Notes under the pieces: generated by a model | Seen by the model: the letters and a program-made list of their open reading frames with translations, nothing else | The model's database searches: none | Told to the model about the DNA's origin: nothing | Virus record (IMG/VR): IMGVR_UViG_3300009960_000001 | Span: 1 to 63,842 of that record | Direction: 5' to 3' (one strand) | From: a virus | DNA length: 63,842 nucleotides | Translations under genes and position numbers: made by a program | Shown here: piece after piece, positions 32,194-42,700 of the stretch | Layout: the number at the start of each line of letters is the position of its first letter | Numbering within the stretch: position 1 is the stretch's first letter

Positions 32194-32556
32194 ATGGCTA
32201 AGAAATCAGAGAAAAGATTATACTCAGATGAAATGCGAGAGCTGAGCTTTGCCTCCTTTGAGGATTTAAAGGCTTATGCTATCCGCTGGGGTCTTGAGGA
32301 ATATGATGAGGACATTGTGAAGGCTTTCGGGCTTAAACGCTTTGTAGAAATTCCTCCGGCTACGCCAATGCGGATTAACGCTTTGAAGCAGATTTTTGAA
32401 AGTATTGAAAATGGCACAGCACGGATTGAGTGGGCTAATCGTATCGAAGGTAAACCTACACAAACCACTGTGAACCTGAACCGGGAAACTGAGAGTATTG
32501 AGGAGCTTGAGCGCTACACCAGTGCTCGTCTTGATAAATTATTTGAGGACTTGTAA
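32194..32556 (+). CDS. Putative terminase small subunit (by position)
   Basis: 120-aa ORF that opens the packaging/morphogenesis cluster. No motif recognised. Confidence 0.35.
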   Translation: MAKKSEKRLYSDEMRELSFASFEDLKAYAIRWGLEEYDEDIVKAFGLKRFVEIPPATPMRINALKQIFESIENGTARIEWANRIEGKPTQTTVNLNRETESIEELERYTSARLDKLFEDL

Positions 32557-33266
32557 TGGCAAATTCACAGGACAAGATATTCATCAGGAACTATGATGAT
32601 TTTAAAGCAAGGCTTAGCGAATATGTTAATCGTGTGATTAATGAAGTTCCTAGTGACAACTTTGAAGAGGCTTTAATAGGCTATCTTGTGGACCTTTACA
32701 CTGACTCGTTTTATGAGGAGCTTGAATATATCCTTAATGAACTTGGACTAGAGCTTGATGAGGTTGAGTACCGTAATGCACAGAATAGTATCAATCAATC
32801 AGGCTTTGCCAGAAGCAATTACACACGTCTAAAAGAGATTTTTGCCAGTAGGAAAGCTGATATTCTAAGTATTAGAGACGAAGTGGTTGCTGAAAAGGGT
32901 GTGCTAGACCAAGAAGAGATTGATAGAAGGATAGTACCAATTATTGAGCTCATCTCTGTGTCAGAGGTTCATATGGCTATTGAGAAAGCCTCAGTAGAGA
33001 CTGCCAAGGTACTTCACCATATCACAGGAGAGGTAATCTACAAGCGGTGGAACTCTGTGAATGATGAGCGGACTTGTCCTATATGTAGGCTTCTTGATGG
33101 GACTAGAGTTCCTGTGGGAATTTCCTTCATTGAGGGACTTGACCCGGAAGATGACGCCTATGATGTTGCTGTGAATTACTTAAGTTATACAGGAGGAGAC
33201 TTTAGCTATGCCCACCCAAGATGTAGATGTTGGCTCACCTATGAAAAAGAGGAAGTTACTCTCTAA
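32556..33266 (+). CDS. Mu F / SPP1 gp7-like head-morphogenesis protein
   Basis: C-terminal signature RWNSVNDERTCPICRLLDGTRVP...HPRCRC. Confidence 0.6.
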   Translation: MANSQDKIFIRNYDDFKARLSEYVNRVINEVPSDNFEEALIGYLVDLYTDSFYEELEYILNELGLELDEVEYRNAQNSINQSGFARSNYTRLKEIFASRKADILSIRDEVVAEKGVLDQEEIDRRIVPIIELISVSEVHMAIEKASVETAKVLHHITGEVIYKRWNSVNDERTCPICRLLDGTRVPVGISFIEGLDPEDDAYDVAVNYLSYTGGDFSYAHPRCRCWLTYEKEEVTL

Positions 33267-34848
33267 TAGGGAAAAGCTAAGCATACTGCTGGACACTGTG
33301 ACTCCTAAGGAGAAGCTAAAGAAAGCAGTAAAAGGGTATATACCAAAACACTTTAAGAGAAATAGTATCAGAGAGACTAAGGGCTTTGAGAAAGAGCTTG
33401 AGTATTATAAACTAGGCTTCCGTACAGCCCTATCACGGTTCAATATCGAGCTTTGGTGGTCACAGGCTGTGCAATTCGGAGCTTTCCTGAGTGGGGACTA
33501 TAAAACAGGCTACTGTGTGGCTACTCCTCGGTATGGGAAGTCCTTCCTGTGTGGAATTATGAGTAATAATTTTGCATTTTCAGGACAGAACTGCTATGCT
33601 GTAGGGTCAACCAATGAGTATTCAGGAATTATTATCCAACACGCCAGAGAAATCTTAGTAAATGCTCACCCCTCTGTGAAAGAAATGCTGAGTATGGACG
33701 AAAATGACGTATCAGCTGTTGATAGACGGCTAAAACGTGGTCTGAGCTCATTCTCTAGTGAAGGATTTAGCTTCCGTAACGGAGGAAAGCTAGAAGGGCT
33801 ATCTGCTGGTAGTAACTTTACAGACCCCTCTAAAATCCATGTAATCGGACGTGGAGGGAATATGTTTGGAGACGAAGCCAGCGATATTTCACCTCTTGCT
33901 CTAGGGCACATGGCACGTCGGGAGTTTGAAAGTGACACAGGTGAGAAGCTCATCATGTATCTAATCTCAAACCCACGGTCACTGAACAGCTTCTTTGACT
34001 TTATGACCAAGGAAGAGCTGGCAGATGATGAATTTGTTATGTGGCTAGACGTTGTGACAGCCATGGAAGAGGGCTCAATTAACTACACAAAAGACCAGCT
34101 CATGAAGTCAGGTTTCACAATCACAGAGGACTCCATTCGAGAAAACCTCCTGTGTGAGTTCCCTGTGGAACGGTCTAACTTCTTTGACGCTCAGCCTGAT
34201 ATTCTTGAAGAGTTTAATTCCCTTAATCCTGACCTTGAGTGGTTTCTTGGAGTGGATAGTGCCTACAAGGGTGCTGACAGTATCCAAGTTACCTTGTCTT
34301 GTATAGACAAAGAGGGTCACATAACCGCTGTGGATACCACGGATATTAAACCTAAGGAATGGATTGACGGTATCACAGCTAGAGACGTTGTGAATAAGAT
34401 TATTACAATAGCCAATCAGTTTAAGGTAAGGGCTATAGCTATTGACTCAGGAGGTGGAGCTCACATTGTTCAGCCTCTTAAGATGGCTAGGCTCTCAGGT
34501 AAGCTAAAGGCTTATGTATATGATATAGACTTCGGTGGTAAGGTCACAGAGGCTAAGAAGATAGCTCATGACCCTAGTGCCGAGTATGCCTTTAACAAGC
34601 GTGTGGAAATGCACCTTATGTTACGAGGAATGATGGAGGCACAGCGTGTGTCCTTCATGACAAAAGTCTGGGACGGAATTGCTCGGCAGATGTCTTTTGT
34701 GGCAGAAATTCAGCGACCAGAAGACAGGCTTGTGAAACTTAGACCTAAATCTGAGATTAAGAAGTTAATTCACCAGTCACCAGACGAACTTGATAGTGTT
34801 CTATTGGCTATACACGCCATAGAGCTATTCTATTTGGAGGACCATTGA
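33208..34848 (+). CDS. terL: Terminase large subunit
   Basis: Walker A-like ATPRYGKSF, Walker B NMFGDEAS, and a C-terminal RNase-H-like nuclease region (GVDSAYKGADS, IDSGGG). Confidence 0.7.
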   Translation: MPTQDVDVGSPMKKRKLLSNREKLSILLDTVTPKEKLKKAVKGYIPKHFKRNSIRETKGFEKELEYYKLGFRTALSRFNIELWWSQAVQFGAFLSGDYKTGYCVATPRYGKSFLCGIMSNNFAFSGQNCYAVGSTNEYSGIIIQHAREILVNAHPSVKEMLSMDENDVSAVDRRLKRGLSSFSSEGFSFRNGGKLEGLSAGSNFTDPSKIHVIGRGGNMFGDEASDISPLALGHMARREFESDTGEKLIMYLISNPRSLNSFFDFMTKEELADDEFVMWLDVVTAMEEGSINYTKDQLMKSGFTITEDSIRENLLCEFPVERSNFFDAQPDILEEFNSLNPDLEWFLGVDSAYKGADSIQVTLSCIDKEGHITAVDTTDIKPKEWIDGITARDVVNKIITIANQFKVRAIAIDSGGGAHIVQPLKMARLSGKLKAYVYDIDFGGKVTEAKKIAHDPSAEYAFNKRVEMHLMLRGMMEAQRVSFMTKVWDGIARQMSFVAEIQRPEDRLVKLRPKSEIKKLIHQSPDELDSVLLAIHAIELFYLEDH

Positions 34849-36242
34849 TGGGAAGAAAGAGAAAGAAGAAAGTACAGAAGCCACAGCAAGAACAGCTGAG
34901 TAGACGTACACCAGAGGAGCTTGAAGGCGTAGAAGCCATGGACAAGTTCTTTAATTCCGCTGTAGAAGACCGATTGCTATATACTTCTAGTGGCTATCGT
35001 GAGATGCCTATTGGTAAGGACCTTGATACCATTGAAAAGCTTGCTCTGAGCCTTCCTGATGTAGATTATATCCTTGACAGCATTGTGTACTATATGTTCA
35101 CTAACCGACTGACTACGAAGGACGAAGAGAAGGATAAACTCCTTAACAAATTCTTACAGGAAACCAACTTTAACGGTCAGCGTAATATTGATGTCCTGCA
35201 AGGTGTGGCTAAGGGATACCGAAAATATGGTTATTATGGGCTCTATAACTCAGGGAATGGTCTTGTAGGAGTTCACCCTAAAGACATTCTGGCTATCAAT
35301 ATCCCATATCCTGAGCACCCTGTGTTACGCCAGACGTTGGGCTATGTGATTAAGCGTACAGACGACGCTCATGCTATTGTAGACCATATCACAGGATACA
35401 GTAAGGGTTATTCAAACCTTGACATCGAAGCCTACATGGATTTGTTACAAAACCCAGAAAAGTACAAGGACGATTTGCTCCTAGTTACTGAGGATAACTT
35501 CTCCTGTGTCAAGTTGGATACTTCCAAGGTATTCGGTATTAGTCCACTACTTAAGGACCGCAAGCGTGTGCAACTGCTCTTGAACATTCTTGATAGAATG
35601 AACTATGATATTGCTCGAAATGGTATCGGTACGATTGCCCTTCAAGCAAAGGATAGTATCATTGATAGCATTGAAGAGGGTGAAGCAGAAGGATTTGTTC
35701 CTAGTGCTGGTCAGCTTCTTGATATGGGACGTACCGCTAAGAAGGAACGTGCTGACAAGATTGCTAAAGACATGGAAGATATTTCACAGAAGCTCTCAGA
35801 GACAGAATATAATGACGCTATTGTGTACTCTAGTAAGTTTGAGAACCTTCTCCAGCTGACACGGGATACCAAGGCTGTGGACTTCCTAGATTATCTGTCA
35901 TTGTATGCCTCATCTATCGTGGCTCAAATGTTTGGAGTGCCTGCCCGGCTGTTTGACTTAGGGAAGACAGTATCAAATATTGGTACACACAGTATCATTG
36001 ACAACTCAATGAAGAATAATATTATTCCTATGCGGACACACTTCATTGGTCAGTGCTCACGGCTTCTTGAAAATGCAGTAGGGCTCAATCACCATGAGCA
36101 AGACATTACATTTGCAAGTTATGAGTTCTCTAAGGACTACAACTATAGCAATGACATGACAATTCTTGAAGTTTATGATAGACTTAAGGAAATCAACCCA
36201 GAGAAGGCGGAAGCTTATCTGGATAAAAATCTAATTATTTAA
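34845..36242 (+). CDS. Portal protein (by position and size)
   Basis: 465 aa immediately after terL. GGAGG RBS. Confidence 0.6.
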   Translation: MMGRKRKKKVQKPQQEQLSRRTPEELEGVEAMDKFFNSAVEDRLLYTSSGYREMPIGKDLDTIEKLALSLPDVDYILDSIVYYMFTNRLTTKDEEKDKLLNKFLQETNFNGQRNIDVLQGVAKGYRKYGYYGLYNSGNGLVGVHPKDILAINIPYPEHPVLRQTLGYVIKRTDDAHAIVDHITGYSKGYSNLDIEAYMDLLQNPEKYKDDLLLVTEDNFSCVKLDTSKVFGISPLLKDRKRVQLLLNILDRMNYDIARNGIGTIALQAKDSIIDSIEEGEAEGFVPSAGQLLDMGRTAKKERADKIAKDMEDISQKLSETEYNDAIVYSSKFENLLQLTRDTKAVDFLDYLSLYASSIVAQMFGVPARLFDLGKTVSNIGTHSIIDNSMKNNIIPMRTHFIGQCSRLLENAVGLNHHEQDITFASYEFSKDYNYSNDMTILEVYDRLKEINPEKAEAYLDKNLII

Positions 36243-36255
36243 GGAGATACATGTA

Positions 36256-36801
36256 ATGCCTAGAAAGAAAGTTACTGTTGAAGATTTGAACGAAGCTTTT
36301 GTGGAAGCTGTTCATGATGATACTCCAATGGCTGTGGCTACTAACTCAGGTAAAGTAGTGAGTGGAGACACACGGAGAGTTGGAGAGGCACGTAAGGTAG
36401 ACTATGAGCTTGAGTTCTGGTTGCCTGTGCCTGAGGATTTTGACCCAGCAGGTTCTGACTTAGAGCTTGTAATGGGAGGCACAGCTTATGTGCAACGAGT
36501 TGAAGCCAAACAGCGCTTTATCTCAGCTCGTATTGGACGACGTGTACGTAATTATGCCTCACGTGTGGCTATTGCCTTTACCAATTTTAAGGAAGATGGC
36601 TCTACAGAAGTTTACACAGCGGAAGATTTCTTCAAGCTGTATGAAATTTTTGATGATAATGTCATTGAAGCCTGTGAAAATATTATTGTAGAGGTGCTGG
36701 GAGTTTCTACAAACCTCATTCAGTACATCACAGATGAGTCAATGATGGAAAACGTCCTGAAAATTATGCAGAACAACCCCAGCTTTTTTCAGACAAATTA
36801 G
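36256..36801 (+). CDS. Hypothetical head-module protein; possibly fused by +1 frameshift to 36893..37207
   Basis: 181-aa ORF ending ...PSFFQTN just after a T6 run. Confidence 0.55.
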   Translation: MPRKKVTVEDLNEAFVEAVHDDTPMAVATNSGKVVSGDTRRVGEARKVDYELEFWLPVPEDFDPAGSDLELVMGGTAYVQRVEAKQRFISARIGRRVRNYASRVAIAFTNFKEDGSTEVYTAEDFFKLYEIFDDNVIEACENIIVEVLGVSTNLIQYITDESMMENVLKIMQNNPSFFQTN

Positions 36802-36892
36802 TTACCTGATTAACTATGGCTGGGCACTGACCTGTGGTATTATTCAAGAGAGAGAGGAGTGGAGAGGGCTTGCATATGATGATGTAATCCCT

Positions 36893-37207
36893 GTGCCACT
36901 CGATGAGATAGATGAGCAGGTTCTTGTCTTGACCAAGGAATACAATATTCCATACCTTACTCTTATGGACGATACAACTTACACAGATATTGGTGTATTA
37001 TATGCTAAGGTTGCCAACTCTAAGGCTTTTGAGGCTTATAGCCAATACATAAGCTTAGATGAGAAGGGAAGGGCAGACCATGTGAAAGATTATGGAGAGC
37101 CTAAGCCTTATGAATATGAGGTAATCACTGCTGAAATGCAGGAACGGTATGCGGAACAGCAACAAAATGAGTTGCAAAAGATGTATAAGAGACAAAGGAG
37201 TATTTGA
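36893..37207 (+). CDS. Hypothetical protein; no credible own start (GTG, no RBS), frame open back to 36761
   Basis: The frame overlaps the 3' end of 36256..36801 across TTTTTT at 36784-36789. Confidence 0.4.
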   Translation: MPLDEIDEQVLVLTKEYNIPYLTLMDDTTYTDIGVLYAKVANSKAFEAYSQYISLDEKGRADHVKDYGEPKPYEYEVITAEMQERYAEQQQNELQKMYKRQRSI

Positions 37208-37785
37208 TGTCTTCAATTATTACAGATGTGTTAGGATTTATTGAGGAAAAACGAGGAGCTATTAAGCCTGAGTATGTCCGTAATGGTAAACCTGTGTACA
37301 CACTACGAAACTATGCTGATATGACTGACCTTGACGCAGATGTGTTGCTTAACGGAGGTCAATTTAACTTAGCGGAGAAAGTACCTACATTTGGACGTGG
37401 AGGAAACTTGCTTCGTACACCACGCACCTCCTACGCTGTGAACGTAGAGATTGCATTTGATAACCGTGTGAAAATTGAGAAACACGCAGACGCTAAAGGT
37501 AAGGAGAGTGATGTTTATGTCTTTGTTGTTGACCAACGAGCTCTTATGGACCAATCTTCTGGACATATCTACGCTAACTTCGTTGTTGGTTATATTATAG
37601 GTCCAGACGCTAAGGGCAAACCAGAAGTTAAGGGTACTAAGCACATCAAGGAAGATGAGTTTGTGAATGACTATGACCAGACATTTGACCCATCTTCCAT
37701 GGAAGAAGTTATGGAGCTTATCAACAAGTACCGCTTACAACATGGTACAGCCAAAGTTATTGAAGAATTGAAATTCAATAAATAG
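37204..37785 (+). CDS. Hypothetical structural-module protein, followed by a terminator
   Basis: 193-aa ORF. Confidence 0.55.
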   Translation: MMSSIITDVLGFIEEKRGAIKPEYVRNGKPVYTLRNYADMTDLDADVLLNGGQFNLAEKVPTFGRGGNLLRTPRTSYAVNVEIAFDNRVKIEKHADAKGKESDVYVFVVDQRALMDQSSGHIYANFVVGYIIGPDAKGKPEVKGTKHIKEDEFVNDYDQTFDPSSMEEVMELINKYRLQHGTAKVIEELKFNK

Positions 37786-37792
37786 TTAAAAT

Positions 37793-37831
37793 AAAAGTGC
37801 AGTGTGCGGTTTGACTTACTGTGCTTTTTTT
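37793..37831 (+). terminator. Rho-independent terminator inside the late arm
   Basis: AAAAGTGCAGT...ACTGTGCTTTTTTT: a 7-bp stem including two G.U pairs, extended by A/T pairs, with a T7 run. Confidence 0.55.
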
Positions 37832-37868
37832 GATATAACTAGGTAGACAATTATTAAGGAGGACAGAC

Positions 37869-38216
37869 ATGGTACGCAAGTATAAAACTACTACTGTTAA
37901 GCCAGCTGCACCAAAACTAACTCCCTCAAAGGAAAATAAAATCAAAGTCGCAATTATGAACCTAAAACTTACGGTTGGTTCACAAGAAATGACTTTCAAA
38001 TCGCCTTTGGCTGAGCAAATTTTGGCAAAGGTTAAACACATTATTGTGGGACGTGAACAGGTTCAGTATTTTGATAAAGCTGATAACAAGTTCAAGTCAT
38101 TTACTTATTGCTGTGGTGACAAGTATGAAGTTTCCTTCACTACAGAAGAGCGCACTCTTCAAACAACTGAAGTAGACTGCTACAAGTTCCCAATTACTTA
38201 CGAAGGAGATAAGTAA
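37869..38216 (+). CDS. Hypothetical protein
   Basis: 115 aa with a strong AAGGAGG RBS. Confidence 0.6.
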   Translation: MVRKYKTTTVKPAAPKLTPSKENKIKVAIMNLKLTVGSQEMTFKSPLAEQILAKVKHIIVGREQVQYFDKADNKFKSFTYCCGDKYEVSFTTEERTLQTTEVDCYKFPITYEGDK

Positions 38217-38470
38217 TGAATGAGACAATCGAAGTAGGAATGTCCTATGACGAGTATTTGGCTCAAATTCGTGCTGAACAGTTCGGCTGGGAAGTAGAAG
38301 AGATTACATCAATCTCTGATAGCGACCTGACTAAGCCTGCTGTAGAACCAGAAGCCCTTGTGGAAGAGGTTCATTATGAAGCACCAGCTGTGGAGGAAAC
38401 TCCTGTGGTTGAAGAGCCTGCTCCAGTAGAGACACTTCCTGAGGAAGAAGAGGAGTTAGATGAAGTTTAG
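38216..38470 (+). CDS. Highly acidic small protein
   Basis: 84 aa with a Glu/Pro/Val-rich C-terminal half. Confidence 0.55.
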   Translation: MNETIEVGMSYDEYLAQIRAEQFGWEVEEITSISDSDLTKPAVEPEALVEEVHYEAPAVEETPVVEEPAPVETLPEEEEELDEV

Positions 38471-38780
38471 AGTTTCACGATTTTTGAAGCGTGACTTGGT
38501 AGTTCGTGTGAATTTCACAAAGGACGGCTACATTCAAAGTAACCGTAAATTGTTTGAGTTCTACCCATCTGGTAAAGCAGATGATGAAGGCTGGTATGAA
38601 ACTACTGATGAGATTTTAGTAGATAGCCTAAGAGGACTTACTGAGCAGTTACCTTACACGCCAGAGGCAGAAGCAGGTCTTAAAAAAGATGGGGTTTCTT
38701 ATGAATACGCCTACTGTGCAAGCTGTGGGGGTCACAAAGTTCGTAAACTTGAATACCATCTATTTGAGGTGACTGAATAA
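38460..38780 (+). CDS. Hypothetical protein
   Basis: 106-aa ORF with overlapping stop/start. Confidence 0.5.
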   Translation: MKFRVSRFLKRDLVVRVNFTKDGYIQSNRKLFEFYPSGKADDEGWYETTDEILVDSLRGLTEQLPYTPEAEAGLKKDGVSYEYAYCASCGGHKVRKLEYHLFEVTE

Positions 38781-39907
38781 TGCCAGTTTATTCTAAGATA
38801 GCCAAGAAAATCCAGAATGAGATAGACACCTACCTCATGAACAAGGATTTGCTTGATGGCTATATTAACTTGAGTAAGACTGATAAGCACAAAGAGTCAT
38901 TTTCTGTGAATAAGAACTATGACGGTGAGGACGGATACATGACCCTCTTATCTGAGGGCTCTGTTCTTTACCCTGACGGTTCTATTCGTCTTTATCTTGC
39001 TAAGGGAACACTACAGAAGTGGTATGACAGCATTGATGAAGAGTACGAAGGTTATGTAACGGTTGGACATGTAGATACTAATAGCTTCCCTGTGCGACAA
39101 GGCTACTTCCGTAAGGAAGACTTAAGGATTATCACAGACGACAAAGGACGCTCAGATTTACTTGTAAAACCTCATGTGAACACAGAGCTTAGCCAGATTA
39201 AGGACCTTATCATTCAAGATGAGCCCTTTGCTATTTCCTCTGAGTTTAGCTGGACTTTTAAGGACATTAAGCCTGAGGAAGTCGCTGAGTACACGAAACT
39301 AACCAAGTATAATGCACAGTTTACTGACGAACCTGTGCCTATCACTGATAATATATACATTACAGGATTTTCATTCGTAGGAAATCCCGGAAATGCAAAG
39401 AGCGGAGGCTATGAGCCCTCTGTGTATTTGAAACAAGAGAAGGAGCTAGAGTTGGATAAAGAAAACACTTTAGATAAAATCCTTGCTTACTTCAATGGAA
39501 CATCTCAGGAAGAAACTCCTGTGCCAGAAAAGGTAGAGGAAGTTGTAGAAGAACCTAAAGCTGAGGAAGTTAAAGAAGAAGTTGAAGCTAAGGAAGCTGA
39601 GCAAGAAGATAAAGTTGCTGAGCAAGAAGTAGAAGTGAAGGAAGAGTCTTTTGATAAGCAAACAGCTGAATTGCTGGAAAACGCTACTAAAGAAATTCTC
39701 TCACTTAAGGCTGAGGTTGAAAGCCTTAAAGCTGAGAAAGAAGCACTTGAGCAAGAGAAAGCTGAGTCACAGAACGCTATTAAAGAGCGTATGGAAACAC
39801 TTTCAGCATTGCTATCACGAGCTTCTGTTGAAGCCCCTGTGATTAAAGAGCAGGAAGAGAAATTAGAGCAGTCTACAGGTCTGCGTAAACGTTTTGGAGG
39901 AAAATAA
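38780..39907 (+). CDS. Putative prohead protease / scaffolding protein
   Basis: N-terminal globular half. C-terminal Glu/Lys-rich coiled coil (EVKEEVEAKEAEQEDK...LKAEVESLKAEKEALEQEK). Directly upstream of the capsid gene. Confidence 0.5.
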   Translation: MPVYSKIAKKIQNEIDTYLMNKDLLDGYINLSKTDKHKESFSVNKNYDGEDGYMTLLSEGSVLYPDGSIRLYLAKGTLQKWYDSIDEEYEGYVTVGHVDTNSFPVRQGYFRKEDLRIITDDKGRSDLLVKPHVNTELSQIKDLIIQDEPFAISSEFSWTFKDIKPEEVAEYTKLTKYNAQFTDEPVPITDNIYITGFSFVGNPGNAKSGGYEPSVYLKQEKELELDKENTLDKILAYFNGTSQEETPVPEKVEEVVEEPKAEEVKEEVEAKEAEQEDKVAEQEVEVKEESFDKQTAELLENATKEILSLKAEVESLKAEKEALEQEKAESQNAIKERMETLSALLSRASVEAPVIKEQEEKLEQSTGLRKRFGGK

Positions 39908-39910
39908 CTA

Positions 39911-41143
39911 ATGGAAAAGGTTACAAATTTTGACATTGTTTTGAAAGAAGCGATTGACTACCTTTATGATAATTCTAAAGTAGCCCTTGCTAACCTTGAG
40001 ACAATGGCACGTGACGCAGGCGCTAACTTTAAACCACAACCAGCGTTCCACAAAGATGGAGAAATCCCATTCGGTATCTCTCGTGACTGGTCTAAAGCTC
40101 AGCCAAGCCTTCGTGAAGTAGGTATGGAAGATGAGCTGGTATCAGACTTGCTTAAACGCTTTGAGCAAGCTAACCTTGGTACTTTGCGTCGTGCTAAAAA
40201 TGGCGATTGGATTATGGAGTCCCTGACATGGGGTACAGAAGCTCCAGACTTCTCTGGTGATACTGGTGATAGCTGTTGCTTCACTGAGAAGTTCACTATG
40301 AAAGCAACTGGTGACGCTACACCTGTTCGTTACCTGTGTTTCAAGGACTGTGAAAACCGTCTTGACCGTATGATGAAGGACAAAGTACACTTCAAGCAAG
40401 GTGATTTGATTAACAAGTTCCAGAAACTTGGAATGAGCTATGCAGAAGCAGAAGCTTTCATGGCTTGGTACACATTTGCGTTTATCGTACAACGCCATAT
40501 CGTACAAGGATTGCTCTCTTACAAGGGTAATGGCTTACGTCCATTCCACGGTGTAGCTGAAATGATGACCCATCCGGGTATCACTCCTATTGACGCTGCC
40601 GGTTCTGTAATTGGTGCTTTCCGTCAAGTAGCTTGCTACCTTGATGTACTCCAATCACAAAATTCTAACTACAAGATTTATGTTCACCCATTGACTTTGC
40701 GTGGAATTAAATCAGAAATCAAACCGGGCAAGGACGCTCAACTGCCAGAAGGCTGGGCTATCAATGGCGACACTGTGACATTCCGTGGTATCAAGTTTGG
40801 TACTTCTTATCACATGCCTTATGACAATGAAGTCAGCATGACTGGTGAAGCTTATGTCCTTGACTTGAACCGTGTGGAAGCCTTGACACAGCACGATTTG
40901 TTCGTACCTCAAGACTCTATCCGCACTGTGACATCAGAAGATGATACTCAAGCAGGCTGTGAAGTAATCTGTGACAAGTATGAAAACTTTGGTTTGGTAT
41001 ATACCAATTCACCAGTATCTCACTTGTTGATTGCTAACATTCCACTTGACCAACAATGCCCTGCCGTTGTATTTGAACGTATCCAAGGTCTTCTTACAGG
41101 TCTTAATCCGTTCCCAATGGCTACTATCAAGGCTGAGGCTTAA
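39911..41143 (+). CDS. Major capsid protein (by position and size)
   Basis: 410 aa following the scaffold-like gene. Confidence 0.65.
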   Translation: MEKVTNFDIVLKEAIDYLYDNSKVALANLETMARDAGANFKPQPAFHKDGEIPFGISRDWSKAQPSLREVGMEDELVSDLLKRFEQANLGTLRRAKNGDWIMESLTWGTEAPDFSGDTGDSCCFTEKFTMKATGDATPVRYLCFKDCENRLDRMMKDKVHFKQGDLINKFQKLGMSYAEAEAFMAWYTFAFIVQRHIVQGLLSYKGNGLRPFHGVAEMMTHPGITPIDAAGSVIGAFRQVACYLDVLQSQNSNYKIYVHPLTLRGIKSEIKPGKDAQLPEGWAINGDTVTFRGIKFGTSYHMPYDNEVSMTGEAYVLDLNRVEALTQHDLFVPQDSIRTVTSEDDTQAGCEVICDKYENFGLVYTNSPVSHLLIANIPLDQQCPAVVFERIQGLLTGLNPFPMATIKAEA

Positions 41144-41159
41144 TTAAAGGAGGTTGGCA

Positions 41160-41990
41160 ATGGCTGAAAGTAAAGAGCTTCAAATTGAGCTTGTAAAGGT
41201 CACTGAGGAGCTAAAGAAACATTGCCAATGCTTCGACTGCAATGATGGTGCAGACATTCAGGAATATGTGGGTAAGTTCCTTCGGGTTCTTGCCCAAATG
41301 TTCTGTTGGGTTGATAAAACCTGTGCAACCATACTAAAGACAGCTCGTGAGGAAATCATTGAGCTTGGGAACTATGAAATCTGTGAATGTAAGGCTATAT
41401 ATGAATTTAAGCCTTATTATTTTAAAGGTTTTGACCCAAGCACAATAAAGCTGTTTTTACACAAGAGACAAGGGCTTTCTCGTGAAGTAATTGAGCTTGA
41501 CAGAACTAAGTGGAGTTGGGATAGTATTGATGAGACTATTCTCATTGATATGACCGAACAAATCAACCCTTGTTGTCAATGTGATACCTCATGCCAATGT
41601 GAGACTACCTACAAGCTTGTAGCACGGTATGAGGCTGGTTACACAGCTGAAACATTACCTCTGTGTGTTTATGAGGCTATGTGTCACTTCTTACAAGTAT
41701 TCATTGCTTATCAGAACAACTGTGGAAGCTTGGACGATTGTTCTAAGATGGACCGGTTGGCTGTAGGCTCTGTGCTTAAGAGTAAATCCGTGGACTACCT
41801 GATTAGGACATGGGACGTTGACACAGCAAGTCTTGAGTATATTTACACTAAGTTAATCAACCGTTGGGCACTACAAAGTTTGAGCATGCTGTCCCTGTGT
41901 CAGTATGAGAACACAAGCGTATTTATTGCAGTAGGAAAGGCAAGAAAGCATGAAAGTAAGGTATCTAGGGGAGTACACAAGAGAGGCTAG
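41160..41990 (+). CDS. Cysteine-rich head-completion-region protein
   Basis: Start at ATG 41160 behind an AAAGGAGG RBS. Contains CQCFDCNDG and NPCCQCDTSCQCE. Confidence 0.6.
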   Translation: MAESKELQIELVKVTEELKKHCQCFDCNDGADIQEYVGKFLRVLAQMFCWVDKTCATILKTAREEIIELGNYEICECKAIYEFKPYYFKGFDPSTIKLFLHKRQGLSREVIELDRTKWSWDSIDETILIDMTEQINPCCQCDTSCQCETTYKLVARYEAGYTAETLPLCVYEAMCHFLQVFIAYQNNCGSLDDCSKMDRLAVGSVLKSKSVDYLIRTWDVDTASLEYIYTKLINRWALQSLSMLSLCQYENTSVFIAVGKARKHESKVSRGVHKRG

Positions 41991-42225
41991 AAGTTATGGC
42001 TGTTCTCGTTGTGGAACTTCTACTACTCATTCATCTAATGAGGTCTATAAAACAGAATACCGTATGTACTATGAAGGACGATTGTTCGTCTTTAGAAAGG
42101 GAGAAGCTCAAGAAGTGGCTGATGATATTCAAGGACGCTATCTGCTTAACCTGAAACATAGAGACAAGGACGGAGCTGTTAAGCCTTCCTTTGAGGAGGT
42201 AAATGATGGGGCTTCCCAAGAATAA
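41950..42225 (+). CDS. Hypothetical protein
   Basis: 91-aa ORF. Confidence 0.5.
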   Translation: MKVRYLGEYTREARSYGCSRCGTSTTHSSNEVYKTEYRMYYEGRLFVFRKGEAQEVADDIQGRYLLNLKHRDKDGAVKPSFEEVNDGASQE

Positions 42226-42700
42226 TAAAGAAGTAATAGTAATTAAGCAAGGAGGCAAGGTATCACGGTATGATGAAAACAGCCGTAAGATAGATACCTG
42301 TGTGTTTGAAGAGGTTGAACATCTTAAGTGTGTAGATTACATGCCAGTAGGTCGGTTTGAAGATGTAGAAACAACTCACAAACTAGAAACTTCCTCCACA
42401 CTAGCCACTTTCTATTTTTCACTTCACAACCAGCTACACACCTGTGACTTTGACATAAAACATGGCTATTATGTTATCCAGCGTGTGAGTGTTCGGTGTA
42501 ATTATAATAACTGCCCTGAGGACGCTGGTGTTGTCTTCTGGAAGGTTGTTGGTATCAAGACTTATGAGGTACTACCCGGTTGCTGGGACGTTAAATTGAC
42601 GGTACAGCGACTAGCAGGACGTGAGCATGAGCAACTACTCTTTGAGTGCAAGCCTTATGTGAAACAAATGCAAGGGATTATTGCCGTAAACCATGACTGA
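42203..42700 (+). CDS. Hypothetical head-tail joining region protein
   Basis: 165 aa with a GAGGAGG RBS. Confidence 0.55.
   Translation: MMGLPKNNKEVIVIKQGGKVSRYDENSRKIDTCVFEEVEHLKCVDYMPVGRFEDVETTHKLETSSTLATFYFSLHNQLHTCDFDIKHGYYVIQRVSVRCNYNNCPEDAGVVFWKVVGIKTYEVLPGCWDVKLTVQRLAGREHEQLLFECKPYVKQMQGIIAVNHD

Noticed and set aside
32013-32201. 62-aa ORF between the tRNA and the first packaging gene.
   Set aside because: It has no RBS and a Cys/His/Ser-rich, odd composition. It spans the predicted terminator hairpin and overlaps the RBS and start of 32194..32556. More likely non-coding.
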